Source: Marsupella aquatica
Lineage: Eukaryota; Plantae; Marchantiophyta
Assembly (NCBI GenBank): GCA_973895155.1
Contig: OZ316898.1
Coordinates: 14,414,330 to 14,478,329 of the forward strand
DNA length: 64,000 nucleotides
Reading direction: 5' to 3'
Each line of letters opens with the position of its first letter. Position 1 is the first letter of the stretch. Position numbers and translations under genes: made by a program. Under the pieces are notes generated by a model, which did not search any database, was not told where the DNA came from, and worked only from the letters and a program-made list of their open reading frames with translations. Of this stretch, positions 11,799 to 23,260 are shown piece by piece.

Positions 11799-14700
11799 CA
11801 GCGTATTTTTAAGTGCAAAAATTTGCCAAATTCCACCTCCAGGTGGAGGCTTCGCCATATTTGGCGAACATTCGCCAGCAAATTTAGCGGTGATTCGCCG
11901 CTCTTCCACTTCCGGTGCACCGGGGTTCGCCAGAACATGCGTGGTAGGGCCAGCGGTGATCACCACTTGGATCCACCACTCCCTGAATGGCAATCGCCAG
12001 AAAATTTAGGAGTCATTCAGGGAAAATCGCCACCGTTCCCACTTATCAGGGATGAACCTTCGCCAGCGATGTGCTTCGCAGGACTTAGGGTTAGGCAGGT
12101 TCGGGCAGGCACCTGGGGGTTGCGCATTGTCAAAGGATTTTGGTGTATTCTTTCATTTCTTGCCTCCTTTCCATCCCTCTCGGCGGGCCGTCAGGACATT
12201 GAGTTATGTTGATACGTTTTCTTCGTAGTTTTCTTGAAAATGTCGAGCCAATGTTATCTTTCTTGCGTCTCCTTCTTTATGGCATGTTGGCTGGCGTGAG
12301 TTTGGAAATTGCGCGCGCTCTCGATAAGCTGACAGCCACCACTACCAGAGGTGGGAGTCTTGAATTTGTATGGCAGATGGCAGCGATGCGGGAGCACACA
12401 TCCTACTGCAACCATCCTCTATTTGAACAGGGGGTTTTCTTTCTTTACTCACAGTTTTTCATTGAATGTTTTGTTTTCAGAACTCCTGCTGCTAGCAACA
12501 TCTCGTTGCTTCATCCAAGTTCTGATTTGGTCATTCTGTTTGTGAGAGACTGAGGCTTACGCAGTGCATTGTTTCAGTTCAATTTTCGCAATTTACATCA
12601 GCAACATCTCGTTGCCATCTTTTGCTCCATCATGGCAATGACAGAGGCGAAGTTGAAGGCAGCACAACGTGCTGGCCTCCCAAATAACCTCATGGTGAAG
12701 TATTTTCTTTCTAATCGACTCAAGCCTTGCAATCCCAATGGCACCCCTATCTTTCTTGGCTCAGGATCATCGTCTAGTGCTGCGGGACCTGCAGAGGATG
12801 AGGTTGTCACTCATGTAGGAGAGCCCATTGGTGTCGATCTGACGACTCTGCTGTGGTTGAAGAGTTGGGAGAGGAGGTGGTGCAGAAGAGAAAAAGAAAT
12901 TATGAGATGAAGAGGCACTCAACTGGGATGGGCGGCTATCCATCCTTGGGCCGAGGCTGCCACTCTTAACACGGAGGGGGAGGTTACTCAAGTGCGTTGC
13001 ACTATTTGTACAAAGATTGAAGGGAGGGAGAAACTGTATGTTCCAAAGATTGATGGTCTTTGGAAGCATGCAGGGAGGAGACGTGCAGAACGCGCCATGG
13101 TGGTTCGGGGCCAGAAGGTTGCAAAGGGCGAGTTCTATTTCTCAGGCTCGACCCAACACGAGAAGAACGAGAAGCTGTTGCTGCGTCGTCCCCAGGACCC
13201 TGTCCATCAACAAATGCAGGTCACAATGTGTGCTGAGAGGAGAAGAAAACTTGTGCAGTTTACTCTTCTTTTTATGTTGCTGACATTGGGTCGCCCGATG
13301 AATGATTACGAAGTCATGGCGAAGCTGTTTCACCAGCTTAGAGTTCCTGATACTCCAACAACGCATTGGAGTGTGAATGCGGGTTGGGGTATGGTAGAGA
13401 GCATTTTTCACATGGTGAAGCTCAAGACCAAGGAGACTTGTTTCTCTACACGGTATCTCTCTGTCTCAGCTGATGAGGTAACTACTATCGACAATCAGTC
13501 TTGGCTTAGTGTCCATGTGTACGTCACAAAGAACTGGGAAATGATTCCTTTCCTTCTTTCATTAACAAAACTTGAATCTGGAGCTGATGCTGAAGCCATC
13601 ACAGCCGCGGTGAAGGAGTCTCTCACTGGAGATTGTGGGAATCTGGGATGGAGTGAGGTGGCCACTAAGCTTGTTAGTTTCGGAGCTGATGGAGTTGCTA
13701 TCTTCCAAGGCCATCGAAGTGGTGTGTTGGCTCGGATGCATCGTGCTTATGCTCCCTTCATGACTGGCCTGCATTGTTGCGCTCACCGGACTAATATATG
13801 TGTGGAGAAGTTGGATTCTTTGCCAGTGGTCGGGAAGATTGAGAATCTTGTAACCAATTTACATGCCTATTTTGCACATAGTCCGAAACGCCAACTGGAG
13901 TTCAAACGACTAGCAGAGGACCTGGAGACCGAGGGATTGAAGATCCAACGGAACCACAAGACCCGTTGGATATCATTGACATCACCGTTGCAGAGTGTCT
14001 TGCGTGAATACAAGACACTAGTGGTACAAATGTCCTCTGATGCTGCCACTCTCATGACAGCAAAGTCTAATGCTGCTTTGCTCTTAGACCTTGAGACTTT
14101 CCTATCTTTGCCGTGTCTGTTACCTTTGTTAAAGTCTGTGGATAATCTCATCCGGTTTGCACAGTCTCGTAATGTTATGATCCAAGACTACATCAATGCA
14201 GTCAAAGTTTGTCAAGCTGAGCTTCATTGCTACTATGTGGATTTGATGACCTCATTCAGACCAGGTGTATTTGCTCCTTTTCAAGAGATTGTATCCAACC
14301 GGTCATACACTATAAGTCATGAGTGGATGACTGACTTGGAGACGAGTGTGGAATACCTTTCCTTTCGAATTGCAGATCACACGTATCCAACTCATTGGTT
14401 CGATGAAATACTTGGCAAACAGTCTGCTGTGACACAACATGATTTTGATCATGTCGTGTATTCTGTGAAGAACCAATGCAAGGAGGCAGCATAGAAGCTC
14501 ATAAAGCTTTTTGACACTTGGTTTCCTAACGTTGACCTCTTGAACGCCTTAGGAATAGTGCATCCACAATACTGGGAGAGAGAGGATGCCAAGGAGAACT
14601 TTGTGTTCTACATGTCTGTGATTCGGGAAGCTTTTTGTAAGCCCAAGTCAATGTCAAATGGAGGTGTTGCAGGAGACGAAACCATGGAGATTAGTCCAAT

Positions 14701-16567
14701 TCTTGATTACAAAATGCTGGTGGAAGAGCAGAGCTACTTCAAGCTCACAATGGAAGGCAATGCCAGTAAGGTGATGGCAGAGCAGGAGTTCAACCCAGAG
14801 GTAATGAACCCCATGACACGGATGTGGAGGAGGTTGGGAACAAATCCTCTCATTCGAGCTCGGATGGGTGAATGGTTCAAACTTGCAGAAATTGTTGTGG
14901 TCATAGTCACAGGGTCAGTTGAAGATGAGAGGATCTTCAGCACACTATCTTTTGTTAAAAGCAAGCTACGGAATAGATTGGGGTGCCATTTGGATTGCAC
15001 GGTACGAATGTTTTCTCAGCAATTTTACAGTCTACTAGACTTTCCATTCCAAGATGCAATTACTCATTGGTTAGATGCAGAGAGGCGTGGAGTCACTGGC
15101 TAGGTGAGTTTGGGAATGTTATTATTGTGTAAATAGATTTGGAATGTGGGATTGCAACAACGATGGATTGAGTGTGATTGGATTTAGAGTATAGAGCCAT
15201 AGAGGGGTTAAATTAGCGGGAATAGGCTAGGGGGTAGGGACTTCGGCTTCTGGAAGGACTGTGAATTTCCACAGTTTGGGGTTCGACACCCCACCGTTGC
15301 GTGTTTAATTGCAAAGGACGACAATGACTAGTCGCAGCATACGAACAGAAGTACCACTTAACATGAGTGCGACTAGACTACTTGCGTGCCAGATTTCAGA
15401 AGCACATGTTGTTTGCACCTCCATCCCCGCCTCCAACTCCATAGAGTATAAGCTTTGCTTCAGGTCATGTAATGTCACTTGCAAGAGTTTTGGCAGTGTA
15501 CAGGAAGTGAGGAACCCCAGGAATTTGCAAGAGCGTCGCAGCAATGGCAAGGCCCAAGTGCTGCATGAGCAGGCAACCTCAGCCAAGCCCCGAGGCCGAT
15601 TCGGTGGATGATGTTAAGGAGGAGCCGGAAGTGAGGAGGAGTGAGGAGGAGCCCTCACAGACGACCACACAGAACACGACTCGGGCCTGTGTACTTCCGC
15701 CATTGAAGCCTGTGTGGAAGGTTAGACCTACTCGGCAGACGAGGAGACAGCCAAGCCCGGACGCAGCATCGAGTGTTGTTGTGATGGCAGATTGCGAACT
15801 TCTTCCGAAGGAGGAGGCAGGAGAGTTAAGTGGGGAGGAGCCCCATCATCAGACCGAGCACATGATGACTCAGGCTCGGGTACTCCCACGGCTGAAGGCA
15901 AGACCAAAGTTTTGAGCCACTGCAGAGATGATGAGGCAGAGGAGAATGGGCCGATAGATAGAGGGCGAAGAAAACAGGCCAATGCGGCCACTAGCACAAT
16001 TAGGATTTAGTCTGAATGGAAGCAATCAAGCAAGCTTCCAAGATTAGGCTAATCGTAGCTTATTACAACATTTTGTAGGACTCGACAAGAGCTTGACGAT
16101 GGGCCGCAGAAGCCCTGTTTTTGTACACATTTTGACAGGCCAATGTGGTGTCTGATCTTATGAATCCAATTTTCCGATTCGGCATTTCCCACATCAATTT
16201 CTGTGGATTTCAGTGTGCTGCTATGGATCTTATGAATGTTTCAAACCTTTTTGGTTGGAATGTGCTTTTGAGTTCCAATGTCCTGAATGCATTCGCCATC
16301 TCCCGCTACTCGCAGCAATGTGCATTAGCCATGTCGAATTGTCGACTACACACAATCTGATTCGCCAGTTTTGTTGACTGTGCTGGACCCGATTCGCCAG
16401 TTACCACGTTCAGGAAAATATTCATTCGCCAGTGGGTTAACCACGTCAGGAACCTGGTTCGCCAGTTAAACCTACTGCCCGCCGCACCCAGTAGCCACCT
16501 CCCCTACCTGAACACTTATGACACTCGCCAGTCTGGCGAAAATTCAAAAACCTTAAAAAATACGCTG
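11799..16567 (+). mobile_element. Full-length hAT-superfamily DNA transposon (4769 bp)
   Basis: Left TIR CAGCGTATTTTTAAG and right end CTTAAAAAATACGCTG (1-nt indel). Perfect 8-bp TSD GTTTCCAC at 11791-11798 and 16568-16575. About 8 left and 7 right subterminal (T/A/C)TCGCC(A) motifs. Encodes a transposase. Confidence 0.96.
12632..15103 (+). pseudogene. hAT transposase (ZNF862/DUF4371-like with C-terminal hAT dimerisation domain), disrupted
   Basis: Zinc-finger-like W..HPWAE...RCTIC, then SADEVTTIDNQ, FGADG, HCCAHR, TRW and TGSVEDERIFSTLSFVKSKLRNRL. An in-frame TAG at 14492-14494 splits the 500-aa and 187-aa ORFs, which share a frame. Apparent frameshifts near 12840 and 12919. Confidence 0.9.
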
Positions 16568-17559
16568 GTTTCCACCCACTGACACCTAGACTCATACACA
16601 AACATCTAGAAAAAGGACATTGGAAATTGAGTGTGAGTTGACATGTGGCTATCATGGGTAGATGGGTCTGACAAGAACATCTAAGTAGACCCCACATGAT
16701 TGCCCCATTCAAGTAAATTAGACATTTGAAGTACAATACAAATTAAGTTGAGTAAAGGGATGATTTATAGGAAAGTCAAAAAATTAGTTTTTTCTAATCT
16801 CTATGAAGTATTTTTTCTAAGTGACATTAACACTCAATCCTAAATTCTTTATTGCAATAACCTAATTGACCAAAGACACAATGGCCTAAAGAATAAAATT
16901 GCCCCAGCAACAAAATGGCCAGAGTGATAAATGATTGTAACAATGAAATGGTTGTAAATGACAAATGTGCAATGCAAGTTAGGCCAATGGGTTTGTATAT
17001 ATGTCATATTTCAAATCACATTATAAAAAACTATCCCAATCATCTCAGAGATTTAGGGCAATCTACAAAAGTGGAAAAGGAAGGATCAAACCAATACCAT
17101 AAGATATATTTCAATGATTTTGATACACTTGGATTGGGTGAAAGGGATCACCTATGGAAGTGAATACCATGGATTGTTTTGCTTCTAAAGTAGGTACTTA
17201 CAAAATACATGTGCTGGCTAATTACTTTCAAGACTGACATGTGCATTACATTCATTGGTATCAGATTTGTTTTTGTTTTTTTTGTTGAGGAGAAGAGGAA
17301 TTTTCATTTTTCTGAGAGATCATTTATCTTTTGCTCCATGTTGTTTCTTCTTCTCTTTCTTAATCATGTTGGAAGGGGGAGGGAGGCTGCCAAAGAGCCA
17401 GGATGGGAGACTGGAAGGAGAGAAAGGGAGGGCACAGAAGAAGAGATTGATGGAAAAAAAGGAAAAAAAAGGTGAATTTTGCTCCCTCTATAGAGCAGAG
17501 GGCAACCACACTTGACCCTGTAACACCCCAACCGCTGCCCCCGTCTTGCGTTCCCTCCC

Positions 17560-18127
17560 ATGCTCTCACTCTCCTTCACAACATTGCTTTCACAATAGCA
17601 CCTTGGGACATGTTTTGCCTCAATATCTTTGCCTTGACTTGACAATCATTCTCGCCTTGACATATTTTTTTCATCTTGACATCTTTTTATCTCCTCAAAG
17701 TTTTTTTATTGTTTTGACATCTTTTCTCTTCTTGACACCTTTTCCTCACCTCAATGTTATTTTCTCACATTGACATCTTTTTCTCACCTCAACATCTTCT
17801 ATCACCTCAACATTGTTTTCTCACCTTGGTATATTTTCACTTCTTGACATATTGTGTCTTTGGCATCTTTTACTCACCTCAACATCATATTCTCATTTTC
17901 ACATTTTTTCTCCCATTGACATGATTTCCTCACCTTAATATCATTTTCTCACCTTGACATTTTTTTCTCTCATTAACGTTTTTTCATCTCAACATCCTTT
18001 TCTCACCTCAATGTCATTTTCTCACCTCAACATCTTTTTATCTCCTCAATATCTTTTCTCACCTCAACATTTTTTCTCACCTCAACATCTTGTGTGCAAC
18101 GCACAGGCATTCATTTGGGCTATTAGT
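17560..18127 (+). mobile_element. Non-autonomous Helitron-like element, 3' part, with low-complexity tctcacctcaacat repeats
   Basis: Many tctcacctcaacat/cttgacat units end in the hairpin tgtgc-aac-gcaca (18093-18105), followed by ...attag-t. Confidence 0.5.
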
Positions 18128-20627
18128 TACATATTTAAGAATGGTCCTGATGAACTGATTCTGATGGTAATATGGTATGAAAGACAAAAACTGGAAAACA
18201 CTAACTTGTAGAACCTATGAACCTTATCTTTCTTTACGGTACCAAAAGTTAGTGTGGGAATTGCCAAATGAGAATAAAATGAATTCCTAGAGGAAGCTTC
18301 AAAAAGGAGCCATAAGCTTGGATTGGATTTCCATCCCAAAAACCATTTGCTCAGATAGGATTCCTAAGCTTGCATGGGATCTGTACAAAACATGCATTTG
18401 ACCTGGGATGAGATGAATGTAGAATAAAATAGCTTACCTTTGATAGAAATAACATTTTGGGATCTCATATGAGTTCCAAGTATGGGAATGAGATCCCAAG
18501 CGAGACAATGACTCTTGAAACACCATTGTGTAGAATATTTTAGTGTTCAGATATAGATGCCTTGAGGGTAGGAGAAGTCCACTACAATAAGGTTGTCTCC
18601 CTCAAAGTGCACACTCCTGGGAAGAAGCATCCGGTGCACACTAAACGGGGGTTTGCACAATGTGATTGTGCACTCAGTGATACTACTGTATGGTTTACAT
18701 TTCTTTGTTAAATGTGCAATTATGGTCCACCAGTCACAGTCTCCTGACTCCCACCCTATATTGGGGTCTCGGTAACTTCACATCAAAATATGACATATAC
18801 GATGTACGACACCCCTGCATACTGTGATAACCCTAGTTTTTTTCTTTCAATCAGTGAATGCAGCCACATTTTGATGTGTGATTACCAGCAGACATCCCTG
18901 CCCTAAATTCTATCCCTTACCCCACAAAACTTGGACTTTTACTGTACTAACAAATCCCATGCACTTATTGCACTATGTGATAAGTGCAAAACCATACAAT
19001 TGTGCACTTATTGATAAGACTGTAAGGTTTACATCCCTTTGTTAAATGTTGCAATTATTCCCATCAGTGAGCAGAATCTTGACTCCCTGCCCTAAACTCT
19101 GTAACCTATTGTCCCTGAAACTGCAATTTTTACTCTACTAAAGATTGCCATGCACTTATTAAGAAGTGAAATTGAATTGGATTTTGTGCCTCTCAATAAG
19201 TACTCATAAACACGTATCAATAGTTTTTACTTATAAAGTTGCAGTCTAGCTAACATATTCATCTGTTTGCACTTACAGAAGATGCAAAAAGTGCAACTCC
19301 CTCCACAAGGGGAAGAAGGGGATGAATTGCAGTTATCCAGGGTTTTCACTTGTGGGGTGTTCACACTGAGCAGAGAACTACACTAATACTAATAATGAGT
19401 GACCAAGCAAACTAACCCTTACTGGGGCAGAGAACCCTTCTTCGCCTTCTCTAGAACTTCCCGATCCCCTTTCTGGCCGAGATGATTGCTACACTCTAGT
19501 TGCCTCCGGGCCTTGTGCATCCTGGCTGGCAGGCATATTATTGTAGTGGGCTGAGCAGCAGCAGCTGCTCTTGCCTACCCGACACCGCCTGTTACCTTTT
19601 TACATATTTTAGCAGGAGCTGAACCAGGTGCCCAGAGCAGGGACTGCTGCAGTGCTCGTGCAGTAAAATCTTGGACTTCCAAGCAGGGAAGGATGGATAA
19701 TTATCCGGACGCGGAGGTCTGATTGATGCATCATGAGCCCAACAATTGGTCGGTCGAATTGCTCTCCGCCTCCTGCTTCTGCCGGTCTGGTCTGCTCTGC
19801 TGCTCCTACTGCTGTGCCTGCCAATCTGGATATCCTTCTCTAACCTTCGCTGCTGTTGATGATGCATGATCTTGTCAGCTTGGCATTTCGTCTCACATCC
19901 CGCTCATGTTGTTGTTTGAGCTTTGTGTTGTAGATGTTGTGAAAGTTTGGTGAATTCGAGATTTCTCTGAAGATATCGCTTTGAATCCTTTGCAGTGGTG
20001 CATTTGAAAGGACCTCGCCTCCTGTGTCAGCCCCGGGTGAGTTAAAGCCGCTAGCCTCCGCCTCTGGGTTCTGCTTTGGGGTCGTTGTTCAGCTTGTGTT
20101 GGGGATTGTCCCTGTCTAACTGCCTGCCTACTCCCTGTACCACTGTTGGTTCAGTGTGGAATGGCTTGATCCAGCCTTGCTGTCTGTGTCTATCAAAGGA
20201 TGGCTGACAGTAGATTTCTCCAAGCTGATGTGTGTGTGAGTAGAGTTCGAGGTCCTGACACATGCATATGGGTTTTACTGTGGAAATTCGGGGTTGGCAC
20301 TGAGGGTGATGTGTCAAGTTAACGTGTGGTCTTCGTCACTCCATGATGTATGGCACTGGGTCTATTTTAGAATTTCAGCTTTTGGGTGATGGAGAAAAGT
20401 GTTTGAGATTTGAGTGTCGTGGGGATTTCTGGGCAAGAGATCATTGACATTGGCTTAGTCTTAAAGGGATATCGAAGGGCCGCTCTTTGAAAGGCGTGAG
20501 CTTTCTGTCACGAGGAGGGAGATTTTTTCATCTCTGTTTAATGTTGGATGTGTTTTGTTTTTGGGACTCGGCAGATCTGGGAGTTGGGGTTCGGAAATTA
20601 TATTGCTGTTGGAGGCAAGTCATCGTC

Positions 20628-21897
20628 ATGGCAGAACCGAATGGAAAAGCGTCGTATAAGTTTTTGATCTATGGCAAGACTGGGTGGATTGGTGGTCTTC
20701 TGGGCCCAATCATAAAAACACAGGGCATAGATTATGTATATGGAGATGGTCGACTAGAGGACCGAGCATCGCTGGAGAAGGACATTGCGACCCACAAGCC
20801 CACTCACGTGTTCAATGCGGCTGGTGTGACCGGGCGTCCCAATGTGGATTGGTGTGAGACTCACAAAACCGAGACCATCAGAGCAAATGTGGCTGGAACT
20901 CTCACCTTGGCTGATGTCACCAAGGAGCACGGCGTGATCCTAATCAATTTTGCCACGGGATGCATCTTCGAGTATGACCAAGGTCACCCTGAAGGTAGCG
21001 GGATCGGCTTCAAGGAGGAAGACACCCCAAATTTTATTGGGTCATTCTACTCCAAGACAAAGGCGATGGTGTGTCATCAGCTCCACTTTCCAGACTTAAC
21101 GTGGTAGATTAGGCGTATCATAACTCCGTTGTCATGATTGATGTGGATGCCTCTGCTTCTGCCAAAAGTGGTGAATCTTAAAGCCAGTACCATTCAGTGT
21201 AGTCTCCAGTAGATATGGCTGATCGTGAAGTGTTTGATTGTTATCGTCTGTATCTGACTTTGAACTCATGCATTGGTCCGGAGGTTTTGGTAGACGAAGC
21301 ACTGTTGCATTTCGGTTCTGTCTCGAGAGACTCTTAGCGAGGACTCTCGAGAGCGATTCCTTTTTTGTTCAATGTGGTTCTCATCATCGATTGCAACGAG
21401 ATCTCTGACCAGCGGAGGCGTTCGTGGCGAGACCTGTGCAGGTGGAGGAACTTTTGAAGAATTATGACAATGTGTGCACTCTGAGAGTTCGGATGCCTAT
21501 CTCCTCAGACTTGAAGAACCCTCGCAACTTCATTACGAAGATTGCACGATACGAGAAGATAGTGAATATTCCGAACAGTATGACTGTTCTCGATGAATTG
21601 CTACCTATCTCTGTGGAAATGGCCAAGAGGAATTTGACCGGCATTTGGAATTTCACCAACCCAGGCGTTGTTAGCCACAACGAAGTGCTGGATCTATACA
21701 AGGAGTATTATGATTCAACTAAGAAGTACGTTAACTTCACTCTTGAAGAGCAGGCGAAGGTGATCGTTGCTCCTCGGAGCAACAACGAGTTGGACGCTTC
21801 TAAGCTGACGAAGGAATTCCCAGAACTCCTATCCATCAAGGAATCGTTGGTGAAGTACGTTTATGAACCCAACAGGCAGACGCCCTTGAAGAATTAA
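20628..21897 (+). CDS. UER1: Bifunctional dTDP/UDP-4-dehydrorhamnose 3,5-epimerase/4-reductase (NRS/ER), 298 aa
   Basis: Exons 20628-21068 and 21442-21897. Motifs KFLIYGKTGWIGG, KPTHVFNAAGVTGRPNVDWCE, GSFYSKTKAM|VEELL, LRVRMPI and VAPRSNNELD. Probable 5'UTR intron ~20037-20574. Confidence 0.96.
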
Positions 21898-22862
21898 GGC
21901 TGATGATGTTTTATTGGGTGAATATCAAGATTTGACTAGATGGTGCCAGCTCTTCGACGAGAGAATTATACGTCTCTTTCCCAATCTAGTCGTTTTAGAA
22001 ATAGAATAACATTCTTTTACTGGGTAATTGGCCCATGGTGAGACTTTATTACTTCCTTGATTCATCTGGGTAGCAGTTGGACACCTTAAGATTCTCTGTA
22101 CTTCTGAAGTAGGAAAGCTGTACAGTTTTTGGTTCATTGATTTGAGCTTACATGCATTCTTCTATTGGAATCCATGACTTGGGATAAAGTGGTGGTTGGT
22201 AAATGCGTGTTCTGGTTTTGGAGCTGATGATTCTTTCTTTCGTGCATCTTTTAATAATGCACGTGGGTCAAATCTAATTCTCTATGTTAAGAATAGATAC
22301 AGGAGGGCTCTAGACTTTGTTACAGCGGAACCTGCTTCCCTGTTGTTTGATTCTGTCAGGTGTCTTACAGGGTCATCCAGGCCATCTTGTATGAGCTTCT
22401 TGGTTTTGAGTGTCAATTTAGACAGCAAATGTAAATCTTCAGCAGTTTTTAAATGGTCGCCCAAACCATGGTTTCCTCAGGATATGAAGTACTCAGGAAC
22501 ATGTCTAAACTGGATTGGAACTTTTGGGATGCAAGGTCTCATAGTGAAGAGATGTTGAATGAGACCGATTGAGTTAGGAGTTCCGCTAGCCACTACAGAC
22601 TGGACAGATAGAAAGGTTCGCCATACAGTATCAACAGACCTGTTTGTTAAGATTGCTTCTTCGTGGAGTTGATGCAAGTCAGATTTGCTCGGCTCTTCCT
22701 CAGAGACCAGGTTTGTTGGGGACAGTCCATTCACAGATTGAATGCAGGGCATGATATTTGGGACTCTTACTTTGTTTTGTGCTATATTGGAAATTGAAGT
22801 GTTTTGATGGACCAGAACTACCATTGCTTGATTTTTGTGACCAATAGGACCTGTCAAAGCAA

Positions 22863-22940
22863 ACTCAGTTGTAACTCAATTATGACTCAGGGTAACTGAC
22901 TCAGTTGTAACTCAATTATGACTCAGGATAACTCAGTTAC
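22863..22940. repeat. 36-bp tandem duplication rich in TGACTCA
   Basis: actcagttgtaactcaattatgactcagg(g/a)taact at 22863 and 22899. Confidence 0.8.
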
Positions 22941-23099
22941 CACTCGGACATGAAACACTGTTATGGTCAGGGAAAAATCACTATTGGCTACCAAAATAAG
23001 TACCCCACAAGGGTGATATGTCAAAAAAAAATAAAAATGTAACACTTTGGTAGTTTGGTTAATATGGGAGAACTTTGACATGCCCTAATAAATGTGATG

Positions 23100-23260
23100 A
23101 CTGTTGGGCAGATGATACTTAAGTGAGTGGCACATTCACATGGTAAGGACACTCTTTTCCATAATTGGCTGAACTTTGGAAGGGTTGGCAGATGATAGTT
23201 TAGGTGAGTGGCACGTTCACGTGAAAATGACACTCTTTTCCATAGTTGGCCGAAGTTCCA
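23100..23260. repeat. ~82-bp diverged tandem duplication
   Basis: ggcagatgata.tta.gtgagtggcac.ttcac.tg....gacactctttt(t)ccata.ttggc occurs twice. Confidence 0.75.
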
